Assembly: GCA_032718475.1 (NCBI GenBank)
Contig: JAUCBJ010008258.1
Location: forward strand, 45,074 to 109,073
Reading direction: 5' to 3'
DNA length: 64,000 bases
Origin: Nemertoderma westbladi
Lineage: Eukaryota; Animalia; Xenacoelomorpha
Shown here in pieces: positions 54,761 through 64,000 of this stretch (position 1 is the first letter of the stretch; the number at the start of each line of letters is the position of its first letter). The position numbers and the translations under genes were made by a program. The notes under the pieces are model-generated. The model was given only the letters and a program-made list of their open reading frames with translations. It made no database searches and had not been told where the DNA came from.

Positions 54761-56929
54761 CTACAGGTAGTACCACATTACTGCCATAGTGGTAGCAGGA
54801 TCTGGGAACATGACCTGACTCAGTCTAAGGACATTCACTGCAAATCCACACTAATCTAAAGTGCGTATTTTGTTTGCTTCATTAAAGTTATTTTATTTTA
54901 AACTTTCATAAAACTTCCAAGCTACTGGATTGCCACCACCCGAATGGCAGCATTTAGCTACAAATTATGTTTTGTTATTTGTTTGTATAGCTAAAAACTG
55001 TACGGTATGGGATAAATGAATATTATTCGTCAAGAATAATTTACTTGTTTTCAATCAATTGCCACCATAAGGATAGTATTTAATGCAGTCATAACACAAA
55101 ATACAAAAACACACCAAATAAATATTAGCTTCACTATTTATTATAGTTACTAAAAGATTTATATTAAATAATAACCAATGAAAATTGTGTTCTGCATTAG
55201 TAATGCAGTTTTCCAAAATGGCCTGATTTTCCAAGTCGCCAACCACATTAAGTTAGTTAACATTATATGAAGCCACATTGCGCATCCATGATACTGCTTT
55301 GCATACCTTGGTGACGAATCTATTCGATATAATCATGATTGTACCAGAGAAAGCTTTGGCTTGGGAAGCTTTAAATCAGTACAACTTCAGCAGTCACTCG
55401 TCCAGATTGGTCAGTGAAGATTAGTAAACCAGAATCGCAGATATAACCAACCGAACCTGCCACTGAAGTTACTCACGAACCAGACACCATTGATCAATAT
55501 TTCTAACTACCAGAGATTTATTGAAGATAAAGAGTTGCATAGCCGATTAAAGGGTCTGGCACCAAGCAGCACTGCCCGTCACAAATCTTATAACAGACAA
55601 CAGGAACAACAGGAAATAAGAGCTTTGGAGGAACAACAAGCAAGGGAAAAACTTACAATTCCAATTGTAAATTGTAAAACTTGTAAAAATGTAATTCCAA
55701 TTAAAAAGGGAATTCCCTTTGGCGCAAAAGGAAGACGATAATGGATAATGATGAACTCGCTATGTTTAACATTAGCAGATTGGGACGAGGTCACTTGCTT
55801 AACAATTTGGATCTTGGACCTAGACCAGGTATGATTACCGCCATACTTGACCCCACCCAGGAAAGCGTTGTTTGAAACGTGCTCGAAAATATATGTACAC
55901 ATGTCAACACTCAAGATCCCATTCAAAACACATATTGCAACAGTAATTAATGAGAGAGATCTCGGACTCCCACAGTTTGATGATGAGATTGAAAGATATT
56001 CTAAAGATATAGATCAAAAAGATATCAATCAAGGTCATCTCGATACGTAGAAAACTATATCATGGAACAACAGCGCCTGAGATAGGAAGAACAATGTTTC
56101 GAAAGGATGGAGGCCAAAGACGACAACAGAGCTCAAGCCATGCTGTTACAACCTGAGGCTAAAATCATAGTGATAGATTCATTCCCTAATGTGCAATTCA
56201 TCCTTCATCGCATACTGAAATATTTGGAAACAAACTCTTTATGACTCCTCATTAACAACTGCAGAGCGGGCATGGATGTTACTTTTTTTTTAACAGGTAT
56301 TACGTATATTAAAGCAACTTAGCAGGATGTAATCTAAAATCAGTTATAGGGCATACAGTCTACAAAACTAATGCATAAAATAAAGAGTACATTTATTCTA
56401 CCTTTATTCTAGTTATTACATGTAATAGTGGCACTGGAAGTTGTACAAAACGTGTTTAGATAGTTTTAATGGTATATAGCATATCATAAAACTGTAAATG
56501 TATAAGACTAATATAATATTCCACAAAGCTAATCCTCTTTGTACAAGTACAATGATTTATAATCACCTAATAACTAGGAAATAGAAATAAACAATATATA
56601 AAAAAAATAATAATATAATAAAAAGAGAACAGTAGGTACCTACACCAGGCAAAAATGTATCTGTTTTTATATCACACCACACCACCATCGGCAAAAGGCA
56701 GGCCCATGATGATAGCCCCGCAAACTATAGACGGTTAACTCTTATAACTGAAGGACACCCGATCAGACCTAGAGCGGCGAGTCATCAGAGAAACCAACAT
56801 TAGAAATAGACCCTCACAATCTCAATTTTACGTTATTCAAGATCCAATCATCATGAAGCGAGTGGATAAGATGAAATCTCCGCAGTGGTATGGAAATCTG
56901 GAGTGATAAATAGACCACTATTGGACGTT

Positions 56930-57253
56930 TTAAACCGGATGTGAAAGACTAAAAGCCACCACCAATTTGGACAAAAAGTCTAGCCTCTCCCCAAGCTTTG
57001 CTATACCAACAAACTATCGTGGGATCTGTCTGCTTGTGGTAGCTGCCAAAATATACAAAAATGTTCTACAGTATATAGGATTAGGCCTCAAATAGAGAAA
57101 CTGCTACATGTGTAAGACCCAAAACGAATTTCGACCAAATAGATCAACAATAGCTTAGATACTTGCGCTACAGAGAATGAGTGCTGGGAATTAAGTCAAA
57201 TAATCTCACTGCAGTCCTGACATTTGTAGCCTTCTAAAGCATTTGACTCCATC
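56930..57253 (+). mobile_element. Degraded fragment of the same RTE family
   Basis: Reverse-complement similarity to 52330-52660 (CCACCACCAATTTGGAC, CAAACTATCGTGGGATCTGTCTGCTTGTGG). Confidence 0.82.
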
Positions 57254-57634
57254 TGTTGCCGTTATCCCAACACCAGGGGGGAAAAACGCCGATGCTGGAG
57301 ACGTGACTTTACAGACCACCGAGCCCCGGCCAGTCACCGGATATTGATTGTGGGGAGGGAATGTTTTCTGAGATGCAGGGTTGCGGTTGAGAAAAAGCTG
57401 CATTAGTTGGATATACTCTTTAATGTAACTGAACTCTGTTGAACCTTGATTAAGAATAATTTTGGGCTTCCCCAAATCAATATACACCAAATATTCACAA
57501 TAATTATACACGATAATGTAAATCCCTACGGTATATTATTTAATAACCCACTGTTCGCTCAGAATTTTAGCCTACCTAATGTTCCCCAGATTTTCCCTCG
57601 GTCCCAGTCTTAGTGCCGTAGTGTCGGTGTCGGT

Positions 57635-58435
57635 CGACCCTGTCGCGTGTCCGTTCCACCCCTCACGAACCCCGAAGGGAACGATCATCGAGAACCAGCA
57701 CGGCTTGGCTAAGGGTCGGTCCAGTCGGTAGACTCTGTCGCGTATCCGTACCACCCCTCTCGAACCCCGAAGGGTTCGGTCATCGAGAACCAGTACGGCT
57801 TGGCTAGGAGTCTGTCGTGTCGGTGGACCCGTTCGCGTGTCCGTTCCACCCCTCACGAACCCCGAAGGGTTCGATCATCGAGAACCAGAACGGCTTGGCT
57901 AGGGGTCCGTCGGTTCATCACAGAAACCCAACCACCTAGGCTTTCCGAGTCCGTTTCAGGCTCGTAGTCGCTTCGGCAGCCGAGAAACTGCTCCGAACAG
58001 TCGGTAGGCCAGTAGAGTCTAGTCGAGTCTAGTCCTTTGTCTTTCGACCCCATCGCGTGTCCGTTCCACCCCTCACGAACCCCGAAGGGAACGATCATCG
58101 AGAACCAGTACGGCTTGGCTAAGGGGTCTGTCGTCGGTTCCCGTCGCAAATCCCAGTACAAGCAGTCAGCGTTCCGAGTTCTTTTCAGTCTCGTAGTAGC
58201 TGCCGTTGACCAGAGACCGCTAAGGGCAGTTCTCGTCAAACCCGTCCTGTGGCCAGCCCTTTCGCATGTCCGTCCCACCCCTCACGAACCCCGAAGGGAT
58301 CGGTCATCGAGAACCAGTACGGCTTAGGTCAGGGGGCAGTCGTTAGTTGACCACCCGTTCGCGTGTCCGCTCCACCCCTCACGAACCCCGGGGTTCGATC
58401 ATCGAGAACCAGAACGGCTTGGCTACTAAGGGGCC
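57635..58435 (-). repeat. Six ~84-nt structured repeats (kink-turn + UUCG hairpin) with variable linkers
   Basis: Units at 57635-57718, 57730-57813, 57825-57908, 58046-58128, 58256-58337 and 58354-58435. Confidence 0.92.
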
Positions 58436-58624
58436 GTCGGTGCCCGTCGCAAATCCCTGACACAAGCAGTCAGCGGTCCGAGTTCTTTTCAGTCTCGTAA
58501 TGGCTGCTGTTGGCCAGGGACCGCTAAGGGCAGTCCTTGTCCTTTAGGCCTGGCGCATTACCAAATCCACCCCTACAGGCAGCAGGAAGTTGGCCAGGGC
58601 CTAATAGTACTCAGGCTAACCTGA

Positions 58625-58662
58625 ATACTGCTTGCATTTTCCATCCCCCCTGGCCCTTATAA
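58625..58662 (-). promoter_or_regulatory. Candidate LTR promoter (TATAAG plus initiator-like GCAGT)
   Basis: Minus-strand TATAAG at about 58661, followed about 32 nt later by GCAGTA. Confidence 0.45.
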
Positions 58663-59007
58663 CTATGAAATTATTCCCGTACCCTGTAAGTTGCCCCAAA
58701 GTTCGCCCATAAATCGCCCCCAGTTTATTGAATGTGCCCAAAACCCATGGTCCCGCACCCAGTAGTAATATCGGAATAATCAATTTTAATAAAATACAAA
58801 AATATTCAACTCGCGTTATGGAAAGTTGAAATACCGCGAACAGTCCCCCCCAATGACCTTCGTGAAGTCTGTCGGTCGATTGAGTTTGCGTAGGTCATTC
58901 CCAATATAAAAAACCCAAATTTAATATTGCATAGTTTTTAATTAATTTGGCCTAGAGTTTGTATAAAAATAAATGTTCGATAAATGTTCCTGGAATATCC
59001 CAATCCA

Positions 59008-61650
59008 CTATTTCTTTTTCTGGTACGCCTTTCGTCTCTTCGCCCGTCGACTCTCATCGATCGCTATGGCTGGTAGAGGAGCGTCAACATCCATTGTGAG
59101 TAACGCTTCGGCTTGTCTCCTGGCGGCTCTTCCTTTCGAAGGCATCGGGATCATGTCGGTTCGTCTTTCCAACTCGGAGTTGCGTGCCTCTAGGAACCAT
59201 TCTCCGTCACCGAACTCCTCTTTATACGAGTATAATCGTCTAATGACTTCGAATGGGCCGAATAATCCAGCGCTCAGTAGCAGATCCACGTAATGGAAAG
59301 GTAGCGTGGCCGACGTGTGGAGGCGTTCCGGGAAGGAGAAATATCCGCACGCCATCTCCTGCGCGATATTCCGAGCGTTTCTCCGAAACTTGGTCTTTAA
59401 GTGGCTGTTTGCGTATGTCTCAAACATGACCATATTGCCCATAGCGGTTACGTCTTTGGTAGGACATTTGATATAGCAGCGGGGGCTAGCGGAATGTCCA
59501 CGGAAACCGCACGTGGTGCAGAGGTTATAAAGGATCGGACAGACCGAAACGTCGTGGCCCGATATCGCGCAGTATGGGCAATAGAGTATCCCGAGGAGCT
59601 GGAGGCAAGAATCGGTAACCCGATTCCTTCTGCCGCGTGGGCACTGCTCCGAGCCGCAGTCGCCGCATACCTCCAACTGCGTTTCTCGACCGGGGAATAT
59701 CGGAATCGGGACGCCGACGTAGTATTCGAGTCGTCGGTCGCTCTTCGGAATATTCTCGGTGGTCGGTAGCCCGCGGAATGCTAGGCTTTTGCGTAGTATG
59801 TTCTCGCTTCGGTAACCCTCTTTGTGTCCCGCTGGTCTCAACTCGGATGACCGTTTCTGGCGGTGGATCCATTCAGTTTGCTCGGCGTACCAACGGGTTA
59901 GTCGCATAGGGTCCTGAGGAATGGCGGGTGTAGTAGCCACCGCTGGTCGGCGAAGAGGTGCCAGGGTTTTAGACGGAGGGATACCGAGGAGATCGTCGGG
60001 GGTCGGCGCATCGCTGGGGCCCTCCTCGACCAGTATCGCTGAGCGGGTCCGTTGGTGGCTGGTACTCGGGATCTCCGACGACCAATCTTCGCCACCCGGG
60101 AAAGGATACGGGGATAACCGTTGGCATATGTCGCAGAAGTCGCTCAATGCAGCCGTAGTGGCTACCTCCCTCGCGGGGCTACCGGAGCCACGTGGAGTGT
60201 AAACGCCTGCTCTCTTCATCGGTTCGGCCGAGGCAACCCGTTTGGCGGCCGGTCCATACGCGGCCTCCGGCTCGAGTTGTCGCTTCGGGGTGGAGAGTAG
60301 AACACCCTCGTTTAGCCATATCTCTTCCCCTTCCGAAGAGATCAGAGGCTCCTCCGCACCGAGAAGTTCGGTAATCGTAGGGATGTCGTAAGGTCCGCTC
60401 TCGTCCCAGGAATCGATAACGGCGGGTGTTTTCGATTCTCCCGGTGTAATGTTCTCGACCGCTTTAAATGCGTGGTTTATAACCTCGTTCCAGTCGTAGT
60501 CGACGAAGGAAAGGGGGACCGCCGTAATAAGGTTATCGAGAGTTTTACAGATAAACTTAGCGACGGTGTAGCATTCCATAACGACGTAAACGTAGTTCCG
60601 TCGATCGGGATTCTCCCATCTTTGGTGTATCGTCCACTTCCGATCGACGTCCTTCCATCGACCCTCTCGCTCGCTCTTTATTTCCAATCCCGGGTATCCA
60701 CCGTATATTTTATTATAGTCCCGGAATTTCTGGGGTTTGAAGTCGATACCGCCGTTTAGCACAGCGAGGTAGCCGATCCCGGATTTCGTCGGTCTCACCT
60801 CTTGGAATCCTCGCATGAATTCGGCGAATCGTAACCAGGCTAGCAGCGTTTGAGTGTCGATGCAATGGCTAAGTGCGTTGAGGTCGTTTCGTCGGTTTCT
60901 TCCTGCGGGAGCGTTCGCGTAGTCGTTCCGGACGTCCGCCTTGATATCCGACCCGATTTTAATGACGTCGAAGTCGAACAGGATCTTTTGGATTTCCGGA
61001 GGCAGCAACCAGATCGCTCCGGCTGCCTGCACTTCCTGTCTGGGTGTCGGGAATATTCGGCACACCAGTACCAAACCGTCCAGGGTTCCGAGGACGACGA
61101 CTAAGGATCGACTGTATTCTTTCGCCCCGTACTTTTCCTGGTAGTCGTCGCGGTTTTGGATAATCGATACGCATTCCTCTCGAAGCGTCGCCGTACACTC
61201 CGACAGGTTTCCCCAGTGGGCGAGGTACGTACTCTTGTCATCGACGAAACTTTGACATCTCGCCAACGTAATCGCTTTCGAGGTGGGCGTCGCGTTTCCC
61301 TCGTTGTCGTAGATCAAACATCGGGATCTGTAGACGCTCTGCCGGAACGTTTCCCAAAACGACGAATCGTCCCCTCCGGTTGCCTTTGCGTTCCGAGTTC
61401 TTTTCAGTCTCGTACTAGCATCGGCTAACCGGAGGGCTCGTAGATTCTTAGAATCCGGTCCCTCTCGCCCGGTGAATTTAATGACTCGCACGTTCTCATT
61501 TAGCAGGGTGCTCCAATTTGTATCAAAGTCAGGGGATCCGGGTTGCGAATATTCCAGTAGATCTATCGTGTTACGTAATTCGCCGATAATTTGGCGATTT
61601 GGGTCCGGTCCATATTTACGATTATATCCGTTACAAATTAGATCAGTTAA
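59008..61650 (-). CDS. Extra ORF of element 2: WRN/EXD-like DEDDy 3'-5' exonuclease domain, disordered linker, zinc knuckles, basic tail
   Basis: ExoI-like CLIYDNE; LPPEIQKILFDFDVIKIGSDIKAD (ExoII); CIDTQTL; SGIGYLA; W..YVVME (ExoIII-like). Knuckles CGDC..C, CPYCAISGHDVSVC and CTTCGFRGH..C. The frame is open from 61650 but has no early ATG. Confidence 0.75.
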   Translation of the reverse strand, partial: LTDLICNGYNRKYGPDPNRQIIGELRNTIDLLEYSQPGSPDFDTNWSTLLNENVRVIKFTGREGPDSKNLRALRLADASTRLKRTRNAKATGGDDSSFWETFRQSVYRSRCLIYDNEGNATPTSKAITLARCQSFVDDKSTYLAHWGNLSECTATLREECVSIIQNRDDYQEKYGAKEYSRSLVVVLGTLDGLVLVCRIFPTPRQEVQAAGAIWLLPPEIQKILFDFDVIKIGSDIKADVRNDYANAPAGRNRRNDLNALSHCIDTQTLLAWLRFAEFMRGFQEVRPTKSGIGYLAVLNGGIDFKPQKFRDYNKIYGGYPGLEIKSEREGRWKDVDRKWTIHQRWENPDRRNYVYVVMECYTVAKFICKTLDNLITAVPLSFVDYDWNEVINHAFKAVENITPGESKTPAVIDSWDESGPYDIPTITELLGAEEPLISSEGEEIWLNEGVLLSTPKRQLEPEAAYGPAAKRVASAEPMKRAGVYTPRGSGSPAREVATTAALSDFCDICQRLSPYPFPGGEDWSSEIPSTSHQRTRSAILVEEGPSDAPTPDDLLGIPPSKTLAPLRRPAVATTPAIPQDPMRLTRWYAEQTEWIHRQKRSSELRPAGHKEGYRSENILRKSLAFRGLPTTENIPKSDRRLEYYVGVPIPIFPGRETQLEVCGDCGSEQCPRGRRNRVTDSCLQLLGILYCPYCAISGHDVSVCPILYNLCTTCGFRGHSASPRCYIKCPTKDVTAMGNMVMFETYANSHLKTKFRRNARNIAQEMACGYFSFPERLHTSATLPFHYVDLLLSAGLFGPFEVIRRLYSYKEEFGDGEWFLEARNSELERRTDMIPMPSKGRAARRQAEALLTMDVDAPLPAIAIDESRRAKRRKAYQKKK

Positions 61651-62164
61651 TTATAAGTCCAGAAAGTCTGAAACTATAGCGATAGCAGAATAATTCAGTT
61701 TTTTATTTAATTCAGTTTATTAAATAATATTGCTATATAGACATCTATCATCTTATTGCTAATACATTCAGCATTTACAGTTACTATAGCTATACATAAT
61801 ATCCAACCAGTTTTTTATGACTTTTTTGTCCTTTTCTTTTTTCCAATTCTTTTCTTTAGACTTTTTTATACCTTTTTTTTTGTCTTTTTTTTTTCATTTC
61901 GTTATTATTTCATCTCATTTCATTTATTTCCACATATATTTCAACATTTAGTTCCACCATTTATTTCACATTTATTTATTTCCACATCATCATTGGGTTT
62001 ATAGCCCCCCGGCTATCATCATTTGTTATAAGCGCAGCACCAGGGTGCGCATCATTACATTTTCATCAGTATACGCGTCATCATTCAGGTTTATAGTAGA
62101 GTTGTCTGATCCTTTTCATCGTTTCCAACTATATTCAATCATTTTCTTTGGTTAATCTTTGTCG

Positions 62165-62790
62165 TGGAAGGGGTGTTACGCGGCAATCTGGGATCTACAG
62201 CTGGACTCGTTACACCGCCTACGCCCCAAACTGCGCACGTAACGGACAATGAAGACGCTGGGAGTGAAGTATGTGGATGCACCAGGGACCCACCAGAATA
62301 ACACTCCCAACAACATAAAGCTCAGTCGACGAAGTCATGTGGGATGGGTTACGCAACATTCTGGGATCTACAGCTGGACTCGTTACACCGCCTACGCCCC
62401 AAAATCCACGTAACGGTCCCACCAGAATAACGCGACTGAGAAACATAAAACCCTCTATCGTCGAAGTCATGTGGATGCACCATGGACCCACCAGAATAAC
62501 ACTCCCAACAACATAAAGCTCAGTCGACGAAGTCATGTGGGATGGGTTACGCAACATTCTGGGATCTACAGCTGGACTCGTTACACCGCCTACGCCCCAA
62601 AATCCAAGTAACGGTCCCACCAGAATAACGCGACTGAGAAACATAAAACCCTCTATCGTCGAAGTCATGTGGATGCACCATGGACCCACCAGAATAACGG
62701 GATAGAGGGGGTGTTGCGCGGCAATCCGGGATCTACAGCTGGACTCGTTACACCGCCTACGCCCCGAACTGCGCACGCAACGGACAACAT
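62165..62790. repeat. Complex tandem repeat (170-198-bp period) between integrase and the extra ORF
   Basis: GGGATCTACAGCTGGACTCGTTACACCGCCTACGCCCC occurs 4 times; sub-motif CCCACCAGAATAAC occurs 5 times. Confidence 0.92.
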
Positions 62791-63061
62791 AACATACTGC
62801 AATGAATACAATGAATTCCACTTCAAATCTTTTCCATTTCCAATAATCCAATATCGTAGGTCCTGATGACCAAAATCAGGGTAAACTAAACATAAACGAC
62901 CCTGCGTCAGTCGAAACATCTGCAGGGTGATGCTGGACTCCACATAACACACGAGGAAACACAAATACCATTGCGTGGTTACAGTTGGTTTAAAGGGGGG
63001 TCCATAACTCGTTGTCGATAAATCACAGTTTATAAGAGTTTGTCAACATGATGAGAAGGGT

Positions 63062-64000
63062 TTACACGGGTTTGTAATTGTCACCAATGTCCACAGCAGG
63101 ATCTTGAGTAGGGATCTTATCACCTCTCGTAGAATCACCACTGTCATTGCCTTCAAGAAGGCACAGCTTCTGGATGGGGCGTTGGTAGTGGCCCGATTTC
63201 GTTCGTATCGTCACAGTCCTCGCAAGTCCGTCTTTGCTTGGGTGTATGGTCACGACCCGCGCCACAGGCCAGTGAACGCGGTCTTTGAGATCTTCTTTAA
63301 CTAGTACCATGTCGCCAACTGCGACATTCCGGTAGGTGTTGTTCCATTTCCTCCTGGTCCGGAGGGTTATGAGGTACTCCTGGGCCCAAATTCTCCACCA
63401 ATGCGCTGCCAACGCTTGGGCCTTTTTCCAGTTTGTATGTTTCGCGATCTCGTTGGGATCCGGGAACATGGTTTCCGGGAGGAGGTGGGTTTTGGGTCTC
63501 CCCAGTAAGTGGTTAGGAGTGAGGGGTTCCAGGTCTGTGGGGTCGTCGCGGATAGGGACAATGGGTCGGTTGTTCAGGGTAGCCGTGATCTCGCAGAATG
63601 TTGTGCGGAGGGTGTCATGGGTTACCCGGGTGTCGCCTAGAGCGACGCGCATGGATCGTTTCACTAGGTCGATCAGTTTCTCCCATACCCCGCTCGTATG
63701 GGGTGCTAAGGGTGTCTGGAAGTGCCACTGTATCTGGTGTTCCTTCCAGACTTGGGATGCGGTGTTATCAGTAAACCATCCCTCGATCGCCTCTCTAAGT
63801 TCTCTTTCTCCTCCCACAAAGTTTGTACCATTATCGGAATACATGTGGCGGCATGTCCCGTTGTTCGCCACGAACCGACGCAGAGCGTTGATGAATGCGT
63901 GTTGTGTCAGATTTACCACGATATCTAGGTAAATTGCCCTAGACCTTAGGCAGGTGAAGATGGCTCCCCAGCATTTGATGTTGGATCGTCGTTCAATAAC
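63062..64000 (-). CDS. pol: BEL/Pao integrase core and C-terminal domain (partial)
   Basis: IFTCL..IYLDIV, FINALRRF, SDNGTNFVG, GVWEKLI, LNNRP, LTPNHLL, W..EYL, RPIQKLC. Confidence 0.95.
   Translation of the reverse strand, partial: VIERRSNIKCWGAIFTCLRSRAIYLDIVVNLTQHAFINALRRFVANNGTCRHMYSDNGTNFVGGERELREAIEGWFTDNTASQVWKEHQIQWHFQTPLAPHTSGVWEKLIDLVKRSMRVALGDTRVTHDTLRTTFCEITATLNNRPIVPIRDDPTDLEPLTPNHLLGRPKTHLLPETMFPDPNEIAKHTNWKKAQALAAHWWRIWAQEYLITLRTRRKWNNTYRNVAVGDMVLVKEDLKDRVHWPVARVVTIHPSKDGLARTVTIRTKSGHYQRPIQKLCLLEGNDSGDSTRGDKIPTQDPAVDIGDNYKPV

Larger units (their letters stand above)
57552..58842 (-). repeat. 3' LTR of element 2 (distal boundary could instead be 57254)
   Basis: Starts TGTTCGC directly after the purine tract (58843-58851) and ends GCGAACA, a 7-bp terminal inverted repeat. 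The partner LTR is not in the window. Confidence 0.72.
57552..64000 (-). mobile_element. BEL/Pao LTR retrotransposon element 2, 3' half (continues beyond window)
   Basis: Integrase with BEL-type C-terminus, an extra ORF, polypurine tract GGGGGGGAC and a TG-starting LTR. Confidence 0.92.

Noticed and set aside
54700-54830. HDV-like ribozyme at the RTE 5' end
   Set aside because: Known for some RTE elements, but I could not build the nested pseudoknot by eye.
55230-56260. Short ORFs with coding-like composition
   Set aside because: Fragmented and unidentifiable; probably a decayed transposable element.
57660-57700. Hammerhead ribozyme or SECIS in the LTR repeats
   Set aside because: CUCGAUGA is not CUGANGA and there is no GAAA after the stem. 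The AUGA/GA core lacks the longer helix and apical AA of a SECIS.
57635-58504. CRISPR-like repeat-spacer array next to a nuclease gene
   Set aside because: Eukaryotic LTR context, 84-nt repeats, linkers of 11-137 nt that are related to one another, and no cas genes.
62219-62851. 210-aa ORF as a gene
   Set aside because: Simply the translation of the tandem repeat; no domain features.

Overview
AT-rich eukaryotic (probably invertebrate animal) genomic DNA made mostly of transposable elements. One host gene is recognisable: a minus-strand rhodopsin-class GPCR with six phase-consistent coding exons from 25880 to 8123; its TM7 end is unresolved. Its first coding intron holds a young, non-autonomous BEL/Pao LTR element (13145-24911). 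That element has 1213-bp near-identical LTRs, a CACAT target duplication and intact Gag-protease. RT, most of RNase H and integrase are missing, and there is no tRNA primer site. The right end of the window holds the 3' half of a second BEL/Pao element: integrase, an extra ORF of 827+ aa with a DEDDy-type 3'-5' exonuclease and zinc knuckles, and a 3' LTR. This LTR contains six covarying kink-turn/UUCG hairpins interleaved with a second RNA motif that recurs inside the exonuclease ORF; this is the best candidate for an undescribed system. The rest is piggyBac and MULE remnants, RTE, L2/CR1, RTE-X-like and CRE LINEs (one with a 2A peptide, one with an SGNH-esterase ORF1), tRNA-derived SINEs and foldback repeats. 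All calls come from manual reading; no searches or folding programs were run.
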